DNA of 64,000 bases from Nitrospirota bacterium (GCA_040757335.1 JBFLXB010000012.1:15246-79245); one strand, 5' to 3'. Shown: positions 1 through 9,328, counted from the first letter of the stretch. Made by a program: numbers and translations. Notes: generated by a model not told the origin, from the letters alone.

Positions 1-335
1 GCGAACTCCGGGGTGTGCACACCCACCACGACCAGCCCTTGGTCCGCGTACCGCTCATGCCACGCCTTGACCTGGGGCTCCACGTTGCGGCAGTTGAAGC
101 ACCCGAACGTCCAGAACTCCACGAGCACCACGGACCCGCGCAGGGATTGGACGGACAAAGGCTCGGAGTTGATCCACGCCGTGCCCGCGAGGTCCGGGGC
201 TTGGCGTCCGGTGAAGGCCTGGGCGGTGGAGAGCGCAACCGCGCCGATGGCGAGCAAGGCGGTCAGCAGCCCCAGCCATGCCACTAAGGCGCCCCGCTCA
301 CATCGAAGGACTCCGGCGGTGCGCGCCGGCGTCAT
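1..335 (-). CDS. TlpA/redoxin-like thiol:disulfide oxidoreductase, membrane-anchored. Partial: the C-terminus runs off the window start.
   Basis: Reverse-strand translation gives MTPARTAGVLRCERGALVAWLGLLTALLAIGAVALSTAQA (signal anchor) then ...SVVLVEFWTFGCFNCRNVEPQVKAWHERYADQGLVVVGVHTPEF. WxxGCxxC is a thioredoxin-fold active site. There is no stop in the window. Confidence 0.7.
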   Translation of the reverse strand, partial: MTPARTAGVLRCERGALVAWLGLLTALLAIGAVALSTAQAFTGRQAPDLAGTAWINSEPLSVQSLRGSVVLVEFWTFGCFNCRNVEPQVKAWHERYADQGLVVVGVHTPEF

Positions 336-349
336 CCCAGAATCCCTTG

Positions 350-757
350 TCATGCCGCAAGCTCCAGGTCTTTGAGCCCGGCGTAGTAGTGGATCTTGCC
401 CTTCAACTCGCCCACGCTTCCGCGGCAGCGCTCCAAGACCTCCGGCCGCACCAGGAGGATCGGCCCGGAGCGGGTTTGGGCCACGATGCATGGCAGGGTG
501 TCACCGACCAATGCCTTGAGTTGCGGCGTCAGCTCGTCGCGGTGCACGTAGTCGATCGGTACACCCAACTCCTCCTTGCATTCTTTCCACTCGGAGCGCT
601 CGCCGGCCAACCCGTGGGTAATGCTGCATAGAGCACAGCCGTTGATCATCAAGAGCTTCTTGGCGCTGTCCACGAACGCGCCCCATTTTCCGGAGTCGGC
701 GTTGTAGATGAACAGCAGGCGCTCGATCTTGGTCCCCGTCATGTGCATCGTTCCCAT
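350..757 (-). CDS. Small thioredoxin-fold-like protein with a CxxC motif (NGCALCS). Putative thiol-disulfide oxidoreductase; function unclear.
   Basis: The ORF has GAGGAG 7 nt upstream of the ATG at 757. It carries a CALC motif and lies directly upstream of the TlpA-like gene on the same strand. Confidence 0.4.
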   Translation of the reverse strand: MGTMHMTGTKIERLLFIYNADSGKWGAFVDSAKKLLMINGCALCSITHGLAGERSEWKECKEELGVPIDYVHRDELTPQLKALVGDTLPCIVAQTRSGPILLVRPEVLERCRGSVGELKGKIHYYAGLKDLELAA

Positions 758-891
758 CAGCTCTCTCCTCGCGTTGTGGCCTGGTTCGGGCCGGGTCTCA
801 CGTTCAACGGGCTTAACTCTACGCGCCGACTTTGACGGGAACATGATCGGGATGTGACAATTCGATGAAATCGGAAGGGGCCTTGCGGAGC

Positions 892-927
892 GAAATCCCC
901 CCGGTTCCCCCCTTTTTTAAAGGGGGG
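892..927. repeat. C6/G6 hairpin element (GAAATCCCCCC-GGTT-CCCCCCTTTTTTAAAGGGGGG), copy 1 of 3.
   Basis: Palindromic CCCCCC-T6-AAA-GGGGGG immediately 3' of the histidine kinase gene. The same 35-bp element recurs at 46315..46349 and, inverted, at 46394..46429. Confidence 0.6.
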
Positions 928-947
928 CGCAGCCAGGGCCTGGACTG

Positions 948-2045
948 TTACCGGCCGAGCGGGAGGATGATGCGGAAGGTGGTGAGACCCTTGTCGCTGG
1001 CGACAGACACCGCGCCGCCGTGAGCCTCCAGGATCTGTTTGACGAGAGACAGACCGATGCCTGCGCCGCCGTGCTCGCGGGAGCGGGACTTCTCCCCGCG
1101 ATAGAAGCGCTCGAAGATGAACGGCAGGTCGTGCGGCGGGATGCCCTCCCCGGTGTTGGACACTTCGATGACCGCGGCGGGCCCCTCCTGGCGGACGCGC
1201 ACGGTCACCTCGCCCCCAAGGGGCGTGTAGTGCAGCGCGTTCTCGAAAAGGTTATTGAGCACGCACACGAACTGGTCGTGATCCACTCGGACGATGGTGC
1301 CGTTTCCTGGATCGGTTGCCGACAGCCGGACGCCCTTTTGCGCGAAACGGGCTCGGAAGGGGTCGAGCGTCTGCGAGGTGAGCGCGCCCAAGTTCAGAGC
1401 GTCCAGGCGCAGGCGCTGGATCCCGGCGTCGGCGATGGCCAACTGGTGAAGGCCTTCGACCAGGCGGACCAGGCGTAGCACTTCCTCGTGCAGCGAGGCG
1501 ATCTGCTGCGGGGTGGCGGGTAAGACGCCGTCTCGCAGGGCTTCGAGGTAGCCGCGCATGTTGGTGAGCGGCGTTCGGAGCTCGTGCGCGACGTCTGCCA
1601 CCAGGTCTTTGCGCAGCTTTTCCACGCGCTGCAGGCTGCAGACCATCTGGTTGAAGGCATTTGCCAACTCGCCCACTTCGTCCCCGGGCACGGCCTGGAC
1701 GCGCTGGGAGTAGTCCCCTCCGGCGATGCGTCCCGCGATCGCGCCCATCCCGCGGATGGGGCGCAGGATCCGGCGCGTGAGGACCCAGCTTGCGGCGAGC
1801 GCCAAGGCCACGGCTCCGATGCTCGTCCAAATCAGCGTGGATGTCGTGGCGTGCAGGAACATCTGGTGCGGCGTGACCGGGTCGATGTGGTACTCCTTCA
1901 TCAACTGCATGAAGTAGTCGCCCGCGATGCGCTCGATCGCCACCCAGATGATCGCGATCACGGACGAGATGACCAGCAGGTGAATGCCCATCAGCTTCCA
2001 CAGCAAGCGCACGCGGCGCAGGCGGGGTGTGGGCGCGGCGGTCAT
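948..2045 (-). CDS. Sensor histidine kinase (TM-HAMP-HisKA-HATPase_c).
   Basis: N-terminal TM helices. H-box HELRTPLT, and N/G-boxes near the C-terminus (NLFENALHYT, GGAGIGLS). The ATGA overlap with the upstream response regulator stop indicates translational coupling. Confidence 0.85.
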   Translation of the reverse strand: MTAAPTPRLRRVRLLWKLMGIHLLVISSVIAIIWVAIERIAGDYFMQLMKEYHIDPVTPHQMFLHATTSTLIWTSIGAVALALAASWVLTRRILRPIRGMGAIAGRIAGGDYSQRVQAVPGDEVGELANAFNQMVCSLQRVEKLRKDLVADVAHELRTPLTNMRGYLEALRDGVLPATPQQIASLHEEVLRLVRLVEGLHQLAIADAGIQRLRLDALNLGALTSQTLDPFRARFAQKGVRLSATDPGNGTIVRVDHDQFVCVLNNLFENALHYTPLGGEVTVRVRQEGPAAVIEVSNTGEGIPPHDLPFIFERFYRGEKSRSREHGGAGIGLSLVKQILEAHGGAVSVASDKGLTTFRIILPLGR

Positions 2046-2749
2046 GCCCGGTCCTCGTCGCGAAACTTGTACCCGAGCCCGCGCACGGTCAACACGTACG
2101 TGGGTTGCGCGGGCTCGGGTTCGATCTTGTCGCGCAAGCGGCCGATGTGCACGTCCACGGTGCGGTCGAGCACGTGGACCGTGTCTTGCGTGTAGAGCGC
2201 ATCCAAGAGTTGCGCGCGCGAGAACACGTGGCCCGGCGAGCGCATCAGCTTGACCAGCAGGCGCAACTCGATGGCGGTGAGCGAGACGGGTTTGCCTTTC
2301 AGGGTGACTTTGGCTTTGGCTTCGTCCACCACCAGGTCGCCGGAGGCGAGGATCTTGGTCCCCCCGCTCTCGGGCTTGTGGGCGGTGCGCCGCAAGATCG
2401 CCTTCACGCGCGCCACCACCTCGCGGGGGGAAAACGGTTTGGTCACGTAGTCGTCGGCGCCGATGGAGAGGCCGACCAGTTTGTCCACTTCCTCCACTCG
2501 GGCCGTGAGCATCAGGATCGGCACCTCGGAGCTCTGGCGGATTCGACGACAGACCTCCAGCCCGTCCAGTTTGGGGATCATGAGGTCGAGGACGATGAGC
2601 GCAGGAGGGTGGCGTTGTGCAATCTCCACCGCTTGCGCCCCGTCGGCCGCCGACCGCGTCTGGAATCCTTCGCGTTCGAGGTAGACCTTGAGCAGGTTGG
2701 AGGTTTTGGGATCGTCCTCCACGATCAGGACCAACGGGTTCGTGCTCAC
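2042..2749 (-). CDS. OmpR/PhoB-family response regulator (REC plus winged-helix).
   Basis: MSTNPLVLIVEDDPK...DLMIPKLDG receiver, and a C-terminal trans_reg_C (...TYVLTVRGLGYKF). Confidence 0.9.
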   Translation of the reverse strand: MSTNPLVLIVEDDPKTSNLLKVYLEREGFQTRSAADGAQAVEIAQRHPPALIVLDLMIPKLDGLEVCRRIRQSSEVPILMLTARVEEVDKLVGLSIGADDYVTKPFSPREVVARVKAILRRTAHKPESGGTKILASGDLVVDEAKAKVTLKGKPVSLTAIELRLLVKLMRSPGHVFSRAQLLDALYTQDTVHVLDRTVDVHIGRLRDKIEPEPAQPTYVLTVRGLGYKFRDEDRA

Positions 2750-2758
2750 AGCACCATC

Positions 2759-3544
2759 CTAGACCGGCTGGGTCACGGTGAGATCACGTGCGTGTGACGT
2801 TTCTGCGACGGCGGCCGCTTCGTCGGCCGTCAAAGCAGCGGGGCGGAGTGCCACCCCGAAGAGGCGCTCCCAGCTCGCAACCAGTGTTTGGCAGACCTCG
2901 ACCGGCGTGACGCTTTCACGATGCGCGCCCAGTCCGGTGATGGACTCCAACGCGTCCGGCTCGGCCGGGAAGAACTGCGAGACCTCCCGCGGATCGTACC
3001 GCAACAGGATCGATCCGTGCTGAAGGAAGGCGGTGGGCCACCGGCGCTGAGCGCTGCCCACGACCTTTTTCCCGTCGAGGGTCAGTTCGTTTCGGGAGGT
3101 TGCGGCGAAACAGAGCGGAGACCCCGAGGCCTGGCGCACGCGTTCGGCATCGCGGTCGCGCCGCGCGACGCGAAAGCCGAGCCGGACCAGCGCGGCTTCC
3201 AGGGCAACCCCGATGGTCTCGTACGTGCCGCGAATGGTGGGAGGGAAACACGGGTGCGGAACAGGAGCGACCACGCTGTACGTCACTTCGTGCCGGTGGT
3301 AGACGGCGCGGCCGCCGGTGGTCCGCCTGACCACGGGAACGCCGGCGTCGCGGCAAAGGTCGAGGTCGACGACCTGATCCGGCCGTTGGAAATACCCCAG
3401 TGAAATGGCGGGTCGGTCCCACCCATAGAGGCGGAGCGTGGGGCCGCTCGCGCCCCGACGGCAGGAGTCGACCAATGCCTCGTCCACGGCCATGTTGTAG
3501 GAGGCGGGAGACGGAGGATCGAGGATCAATCGCCAAGGGTCCAC
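2759..3544 (-). CDS. Lipoate-protein ligase / octanoyltransferase family protein (BPL_LplA_LipB catalytic domain).
   Basis: Approx. 260-aa protein with a BPL/LPL-type catalytic domain signature (RLYGWDRPAISLGYFQ ... RRTTGGRAVYH ... K-containing motif LDGKKVVGSAQRR). Confidence 0.7.
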   Translation of the reverse strand: MDPWRLILDPPSPASYNMAVDEALVDSCRRGASGPTLRLYGWDRPAISLGYFQRPDQVVDLDLCRDAGVPVVRRTTGGRAVYHRHEVTYSVVAPVPHPCFPPTIRGTYETIGVALEAALVRLGFRVARRDRDAERVRQASGSPLCFAATSRNELTLDGKKVVGSAQRRWPTAFLQHGSILLRYDPREVSQFFPAEPDALESITGLGAHRESVTPVEVCQTLVASWERLFGVALRPAALTADEAAAVAETSHARDLTVTQPV

Positions 3545-3666
3545 GCGCCCAGTCTGGAGGATGCCGCGATGAAGGTCAAGGGGCGCGCGTTGAAGGCGAC
3601 GGGAGAGCGATGATAGAATGTCGCGTCCGCCGTACCGACGCGGTTCCGGTCCGCCTCTACCACACG

Positions 3667-4488
3667 ATGCCGAAAGCCCGCACCATGCCCCTGGCCCTGA
3701 CCGTCGCGACCTCGGATTCCGGCGGCGGCGCGGGAATCCAAGGCGACATCAAGGCGATGGAGGCCAACGGCGTGTTCGCGCTGTCGGTGGTGGTCGCGGT
3801 GACGGCGCAGAACACCAAGGCGATCTCCCGGATCCATCCCTTGCCGCGCGCGGTGATCGAAGCGCAGCTCGACGCGGTTTTCGACGACTTTGCGATCGAT
3901 GCGGTGAAGACGGGGATGTTGTTCTCGGCCGATATCGTGCGCCTCACCGCCGAACGCCTGCGCAAGTGGTCGGCGCCTCATCTGGTCGTCGATCCGGTCA
4001 TGGTCTCGAAAACCGGCACGACGCTGCTCCAACCGGACGCCGTCGACGTCATGAGACGGCATCTGTTCCCGCTGGCGGAGGTGGTGACGCCCAACGTGCC
4101 CGAGGCGGAAGCGCTCCTCGGGACGCGGATCAGCTCCGTGGAGGAGGCGCGCGCGGCCGCGGCGGCGATCCATCGTCTGGGCTGCCGCGCGGTCTTGCTC
4201 AAAGGCGGCCATCTATCGTCGTCGCCGGCCACTGACGTGCTCTACGATGGCGCGACGTGGACCGTGTTCCCCGGCGAATGGATCGACGTGCCGCACACCC
4301 ACGGAACCGGCTGCGCGTATGGCGCGGCGATCGCCGCGCACCTTGCTCAGGGCGCGGACCTGACGGAGGCGGTGCGCGCGGCGAAACAATACGTGACGGC
4401 GGCGATCCGACACGGACTGGCCATCGGACACGGCCGGGGACCGGTTCACCACTTGTACCGATTGGCGGACGACGAAGGGAGTCAATAG
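3667..4488 (+). CDS. thiD: Hydroxymethylpyrimidine / phosphomethylpyrimidine kinase.
   Basis: [24 protein letters not shown]... is the canonical ThiD N-terminus, and ...[17 protein letters not shown] is the C-terminal motif. The ORF-track start at 3400 adds an implausible Arg/Pro-rich leader. ATGs at 3667 or 3685 are the likely starts. Confidence 0.85.
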   Translation: MPKARTMPLALTVATSDSGGGAGIQGDIKAMEANGVFALSVVVAVTAQNTKAISRIHPLPRAVIEAQLDAVFDDFAIDAVKTGMLFSADIVRLTAERLRKWSAPHLVVDPVMVSKTGTTLLQPDAVDVMRRHLFPLAEVVTPNVPEAEALLGTRISSVEEARAAAAAIHRLGCRAVLLKGGHLSSSPATDVLYDGATWTVFPGEWIDVPHTHGTGCAYGAAIAAHLAQGADLTEAVRAAKQYVTAAIRHGLAIGHGRGPVHHLYRLADDEGSQ

Positions 4489-4491
4489 ACC

Positions 4492-5136
4492 ATGTTTACG
4501 GGCATTATCGAAGAACTGGGCGTGGTCCAGGCGCTCGACCGGGGCCTGCAGTCCGCGGTCCTGACCATCCTTGCAAGGCGGATCATCAGCGGGATGAGGG
4601 TGGGGGACAGCGTCACGGTCAACGGCGTGTGCCTGACCGTGGTGCGATTCAGCGAGCAGGGGTTTGGAGTCGACGTGTCGCCCGAAACGCTGCGCGTGAC
4701 CGCGTTGGGAGGCCTGGCGCCGGGCGACGGGGTGAACCTGGAGCGGGCGGTGCGCGTCGGCGACCGGCTCGGCGGTCACCTGGTGAGCGGCCACGTGGAG
4801 GCGGTGGGCCGGGTGGTTTCTCGCGCGCCCGACGGCAACGCGGTCAACCTCACGATTGAGGCGCCCCGCGAGATCCTCCGCTACTGCGTGGGCAAAGGCT
4901 CGATCACGGTGGACGGCGTCAGCCTCACCATCACGGGGCTGACCGAGAAGACCTTCGGCGTGACCATCATTCCCCACACGGCGCAGGCCACCAACCTCGG
5001 ACTCAAGCCCCCAGGCGCGCTCGTGAATCTTGAGCCTGACCTGATCGCCAAATACGTGGAGCGTCTGTTGTTGGGGGGCGAGGTCAAGCCCGAGAAGGTG
5101 GACGCGGAGTTTTTGAGAAAACGGGGGTTGCTGTAA
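4492..5136 (+). CDS. ribE: Riboflavin synthase alpha chain.
   Basis: MFTGIIEELG...VNGVCLTV...SITVDGVSLTI shows the duplicated lumazine-binding repeats. Length is 214 aa. Confidence 0.9.
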   Translation: MFTGIIEELGVVQALDRGLQSAVLTILARRIISGMRVGDSVTVNGVCLTVVRFSEQGFGVDVSPETLRVTALGGLAPGDGVNLERAVRVGDRLGGHLVSGHVEAVGRVVSRAPDGNAVNLTIEAPREILRYCVGKGSITVDGVSLTITGLTEKTFGVTIIPHTAQATNLGLKPPGALVNLEPDLIAKYVERLLLGGEVKPEKVDAEFLRKRGLL

Positions 5137-5144
5137 AGATAATA

Positions 5145-5163
5145 GAGGGGGCGTCACCCCCTC
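5145..5163. terminator. GC hairpin (GAGGGGG-CGTCA-CCCCCTC) between the convergent ribE and FGE-family genes.
   Basis: A 7-bp perfect stem with a 5-nt loop directly after the ribE stop. Confidence 0.4.
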
Positions 5164-5972
5164 GCCCCGTCAGCATTGCGCGCGCAGCGAAAGCCCACGT
5201 CGTTTAGTCGGCTGTTCGGGTCGGCGCCGAACCGGAAGCTTCCGCGCGCGTTATGTGCCAGGATCGCCTGGAGCGCGTCCGGTGCGAAGTGCCCGACGCC
5301 CGCCCATGACGACCCGCGCAGCACGCGGAGCGATGGGGTTCCGGCCGGCGCCGCGGCGGGGTTGCCGGGATACGGTTCATACCAATCCGCGGTCCACTCC
5401 CACACGTTTCCGACCAGATCGTGAACGCCCATCGGGCTCTGGCCGCTCGGGTAGCTCCCGACCGCGGTGGTTCCGCTTCTCGCGCCGCCAAGGTTGGCGC
5501 GGCTGAGTTCGAACCCGTCGCCCCACGGATACAGCCGGCCCTCGAAGCCGCGGGCGGCCTTTTCCCATTCGGCTTCCGTGGGCAGGCGTTTGCCCGCCCA
5601 CCGGCAATAGGTATCCGCGTCGTCCCACGTGACCGACGTCACGGGGTGCCGAGCCCGGCCCGGTGGGTGGCGCGCACCACGCCAGTCCGGCGGGGGCCGT
5701 CGCTGCGTGGCCTGCACGAACACCTGGTAATCCGCATTGGTGACCTCGAACTTGTCGAGGTAATACCCCGGAATGTTCGCGGTGTGAGCGGGGTGCTCGT
5801 CTTCGAACCACGGCTTGAGGATTCCATACTCCGCGGCCCGATGTTCGGTGTCCACCTGATCCGTCCCCATGACGAACGTCCCGCCGGGGATGTGGACCAT
5901 GCTGGGTGGAGTTGGGGTGCAGGCGATCGCGATGAACACCGAGAGGGCGAGGGGGAGAGTCACTTCGCGCAT
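5154..5972 (-). CDS. FGE-sulfatase (formylglycine-generating enzyme) family lipoprotein. It lacks the catalytic Cys pair.
   Basis: Start at the MREVTLPLALSVFIAIAC lipobox. Motifs WDDADTYCRWAGKRLPTEAEWEKAARG, ...LRGSSWA and ...GFRCA are present. There is no CxxxxC before RFG. The ORF-track N-terminal extension overlaps the upstream gene, so the true start was placed at 5972. Confidence 0.75.
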   Translation of the reverse strand: MREVTLPLALSVFIAIACTPTPPSMVHIPGGTFVMGTDQVDTEHRAAEYGILKPWFEDEHPAHTANIPGYYLDKFEVTNADYQVFVQATQRRPPPDWRGARHPPGRARHPVTSVTWDDADTYCRWAGKRLPTEAEWEKAARGFEGRLYPWGDGFELSRANLGGARSGTTAVGSYPSGQSPMGVHDLVGNVWEWTADWYEPYPGNPAAAPAGTPSLRVLRGSSWAGVGHFAPDALQAILAHNARGSFRFGADPNSRLNDVGFRCARNADGARG

Positions 5973-6982
5973 CGGAATCCGAATCCCTTGTTCTTGATCT
6001 CGGGCGCGAACCGGCTGCGGTTGTAGGCCGGGGAGCTGAGGCCGCACCCGTAGGACAGACAGTCGTACCACGACCCGCCGCGGAGCACTTTGTTCTTCGT
6101 GCCGTAGTGGACGTTCGGGAATTGATTGCCGGGATACGGTTGGTACCAGTCGGCCACCCACTCATACACGTTCCCGGCCATGTCTTCCACGCCTTCGGGG
6201 GTCCGGCCCTGGGGGAAGGAGCCCACCGGCAGGGTGTCGCCCGCGACGTGTTTGGTGAGCCAGTATTGCGGCGTGTTGGCCTTGAGCGGGGCGAATTCGT
6301 CGCCCCAAGGAAAGCGTCGTCCGTCGCCGCTGCGCGCGGCGCGTTCCCACTCGGCCTCGGTGGGCAGCCGCTTGCCGGCCCAGCGGCAGAACGCGTCGGC
6401 ATCGTGCCAATTCACGTACACCACCGGGTGATCGGCTTTGCCCTCGGGGAAGCGCCCCTCGATCCAGTGAAACGGGGGATCGCGACGGGTCGCGCGTACG
6501 AATGCCTCGTACATGGCGTTGGTCGTCTCGTACGTGTCGATCCGGAACGTCTTGACCTGCACCCGATGCTCGGGCCGCTCGTCTTCGTCGCCGGGCCCGT
6601 CATCGCCGCGCCCGTTGTTCCCCATGGTGAACTCGCCGCCGGGAATCGTGATCATGGATTGCTTGATCGGGGACGGCGTCGATGCGTCCGACCCTGTTGC
6701 CGCCACCCGTGCGAGCACCGGTTCGATGGTGACGCCTGGCGAACCGAACAGATGACATTCGGCGCAGGCGGGGTCGGTGGTTGGCTGGAGGGTGGGAATG
6801 CGCGCTCCCACGTGACAGCGGCCGCAGACCGTGTGCGTCGGGGGAGGGAGGGTGGGCGTCAGCGAGGGCGGATTCGAGGCCGGGTCAGCGGCGCTGGCGG
6901 CGCCCCACGCCGCCATGGGGACGCACGCCGCTACGAGCCAGCGCAAACCACGCCGGAACAGCCGAAAATGCACGCCAGCCAT
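5960..6982 (-). CDS. Diheme cytochrome c - FGE-sulfatase family fusion protein, secreted.
   Basis: Signal peptide. Two CxxCH motifs (CGRCH, CAECH). An FGE domain follows (WHDADAFCRWAGKRLPTEAEWERAAR, LRGGSWYDCLSYGC, GFRCAK) and retains a CxxxxC pair. It lies 7 nt upstream of the previous FGE-family gene. Confidence 0.75.
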   Translation of the reverse strand: MAGVHFRLFRRGLRWLVAACVPMAAWGAASAADPASNPPSLTPTLPPPTHTVCGRCHVGARIPTLQPTTDPACAECHLFGSPGVTIEPVLARVAATGSDASTPSPIKQSMITIPGGEFTMGNNGRGDDGPGDEDERPEHRVQVKTFRIDTYETTNAMYEAFVRATRRDPPFHWIEGRFPEGKADHPVVYVNWHDADAFCRWAGKRLPTEAEWERAARSGDGRRFPWGDEFAPLKANTPQYWLTKHVAGDTLPVGSFPQGRTPEGVEDMAGNVYEWVADWYQPYPGNQFPNVHYGTKNKVLRGGSWYDCLSYGCGLSSPAYNRSRFAPEIKNKGFGFRCAK

Positions 6983-7033
6983 CGCGGCGTGTAGTCATAA
7001 CAAAAGTGAGGGGAAAACACCAGCGCGGAGGGG

Positions 7034-7450
7034 TTATTGGCTTTGGAACCGAATGATCGTGATCAGGGAACTCCATGTTCTCCCGGTGGGCTGGCCGTCG
7101 TCGTCCACTTGAGAAACGCCGTCCGGAGGAGCCGTCACCTGGATCATGGCTCCGTCCTTCGCCGTGATGGTGTAGGTATGCGTGGGCTCCATGAACGACG
7201 CCGCAGTGTTGAGGTGCTTTTCATAGAACCCCACGATGTCCTTCGCGGAGTCGTCGGAATAGTACTGGTACTGATACAGGTGTGTTTCGCCCGAGGCATC
7301 GGCCTTGTCGTCGAGCCGGTGAACTTTCCAACCCGGGTAGGACGGCACGCCGAGCGTGGTCGGTTTGGCGACCGGTTTCGAGGCCGCGAGTCCGGTGGCG
7401 GCGTTGAGCACGATTCCGGTTATCGCGATCACCAGAGCCATTCGTTTCAT
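7034..7450 (-). CDS. Small secreted protein of unknown function.
   Basis: MKRMALVIAITGIVLNAATGLAAS signal peptide. Otherwise uncharacterised. Confidence 0.5.
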   Translation of the reverse strand: MKRMALVIAITGIVLNAATGLAASKPVAKPTTLGVPSYPGWKVHRLDDKADASGETHLYQYQYYSDDSAKDIVGFYEKHLNTAASFMEPTHTYTITAKDGAMIQVTAPPDGVSQVDDDGQPTGRTWSSLITIIRFQSQ

Positions 7451-7828
7451 CGCATGGTTCCTTTCGAGTTCGAGCCTGACGGGATAAGCCTAGTCGCTGG
7501 GATCGAAGCTGGCAAGCACGGATGGCGCAGGAATCACCCGTCGGGATATCGGTGGACCGACGTCGACAACCGAGACCGGCGCCGGTCGGGAGGGACGGAG
7601 CGAAGAAAATCCTGGCGCTTCAACCGATTGTCGTGTATAGTACACGCAGTCCGTGAATAGAGGCTGGCTGTTTCCCGCCGCATGAGCATCGTTGTTTTCC
7701 CGCCGTCGATCTCTGCATCGGTTGTGATCTCCTAAGCCCGTCTCAGTTCTCCGGTTGGTTGCGACCTGCCGGGCATGTCGCCGGTCTACACGACGGAGCA
7801 AGAAGGCTCCGTCCAGAAAGGAAGAAGC

Positions 7829-9070
7829 ATGTCGTTTTCGCAATTGGGCCTTGCGCCCGAATTGGAGCGCGCCGTGGAGCGCGCAGGTTACAAAACTCCC
7901 ACCCCCATCCAGGAGCAGGCGATTCCCGTCGCGCTCAAAGGCGGGGATGTGTTGGGTTGCGCCCAGACCGGGACCGGCAAGACCGCCGGATTCGCGCTGC
8001 CGCTTCTCCAGCGCCTGGGTCACCGGCGCGGAATTTCGCCTCGCGCGCTGATCCTCGCGCCCACGCGCGAGCTGGCGCTGCAGATCGGCGAGTCCGTGCG
8101 CGCGCTTGGCGCGTTCTTGCCGTTGCGTTCGGTCGTCATTTTCGGCGGTGTGGGGTATGAGCCCCAGGACCAGGCGCTTCGACGCGGCGTGGACATCGTG
8201 ATCGCCACGCCCGGTCGCCTGTTGGACCATCTCCAGAGAAAGACCGTGCGGTTCGACTCGTTGGAGGTCCTGGTCCTCGACGAGGCCGACCGCATGTTGG
8301 ACATGGGATTCATCCATGACATCAAGCGACTGGTCGCCATCTTGCCGAAGAAGAGGCAGACCATGATGTTTTCAGCCACGATGCCGCCCGCGATTCGCGC
8401 GTTGGCCGATGATCTGCTGGTCAGTCCGACCATGATCGCGGTCGCTCCGCCGGCCACGACCGTGACCGACGTCGTACAAATCGGCCACCCCGTGGATCAT
8501 CACCGCAAGCGCGCGTTGCTGGTCCACCTGCTGGGCGACGCCTCCATGCAGCGGACCATCGTGTTCACACGCACCAAACACGGCGCCAACAACCTGGCCG
8601 AGCATCTCACCCGTCACGGGCACTCCGCGACCGCGCTCCACAGCAACAAGAGCCAGTCGGCCCGCGTGCGTGCCCTGGCCGATTTCCGCGAGGGAAGAGC
8701 CCGGGTGTTGGTGGCGACCGACCTCGCCTCGCGCGGGATCGACGTGCCGGAGGTCTCGCATGTGGTCAACTTCGACGTGCCGAATACCTACGAGGCGTAC
8801 GTCCACCGGATCGGGCGAACGGCCCGCGCCGGAGCCTCGGGCTGCGCGATTTCGCTGGTGTCGGAGGCCGACCGAGGCCTGTGGCGGGATATGCAACGCG
8901 AGGCCCGCACGCCGGTGGCAACACGCGTGGTCGAAGGGTTCGAACCCGGGCAGATCTCGGAGTCCGTTTCCAGCCGACGACCTGCTCAGGCACCGCGCGG
9001 CGCGTGGCGTCCAGGCCGAGGCGGACCGGGCGTTCGTGGTTCGCGTCAGCCGTTGCGTCGTCCCGCCTAA
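7829..9070 (+). CDS. rhlE: DEAD-box ATP-dependent RNA helicase (RhlE-like).
   Basis: Q-motif, AQTGTGKT, PTRELA, DEAD (VLDEADRMLDMGF), SAT, HRIGRTAR, and an Arg/Gly-rich C-terminal tail. AGGAAG RBS before the ATG at 7829. The transcript has a roughly 380-nt leader. Confidence 0.9.
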   Translation: MSFSQLGLAPELERAVERAGYKTPTPIQEQAIPVALKGGDVLGCAQTGTGKTAGFALPLLQRLGHRRGISPRALILAPTRELALQIGESVRALGAFLPLRSVVIFGGVGYEPQDQALRRGVDIVIATPGRLLDHLQRKTVRFDSLEVLVLDEADRMLDMGFIHDIKRLVAILPKKRQTMMFSATMPPAIRALADDLLVSPTMIAVAPPATTVTDVVQIGHPVDHHRKRALLVHLLGDASMQRTIVFTRTKHGANNLAEHLTRHGHSATALHSNKSQSARVRALADFREGRARVLVATDLASRGIDVPEVSHVVNFDVPNTYEAYVHRIGRTARAGASGCAISLVSEADRGLWRDMQREARTPVATRVVEGFEPGQISESVSSRRPAQAPRGAWRPGRGGPGVRGSRQPLRRPA

Positions 9071-9328
9071 CAACTACCCTCGACGTGCGGGGACGGCGAC
9101 CACCGCCGTTCCTGCACGTTATTTTCCCCCAAACCTGCCCGAGCCACTCCCGGCCGGTACGACCGGAGGGCTCCACACTGGCTGCTGTTTCTTGACGGCA
9201 CAATTTTAGCCACTACATTGAAAGCGGGGATGGGCATTCCTCCGGGCGTGAGGTCTCAGATGGCGAAGCCCGCGTGGCTGTCCATGGCGTGGCGATGATG
9301 GGGGGCAACGTCCATCCAGCTTCCCAAG

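Noticed and set aside
3400-3666. N-terminal 89-aa extension of the thiD ORF as given in the ORF track.
   Set aside because: It is an Arg/Pro/Gly-rich leader that overlaps the upstream gene's 5' end on the other strand. The conserved ThiD N-terminus starts at the ATG at 3667 or 3685.
7451-7828. Searched the long intergenic regions (7451..7828, 9071..9328, 17950..18496, 59206..59360) for tRNA or small RNA genes.
   Set aside because: No cloverleaf-compatible sequence was found: no conserved GTTC/TPsiC-like arm paired with an acceptor stem. The regions are better explained as 5' leaders of rhlE, the DUF11 gene and iscR.
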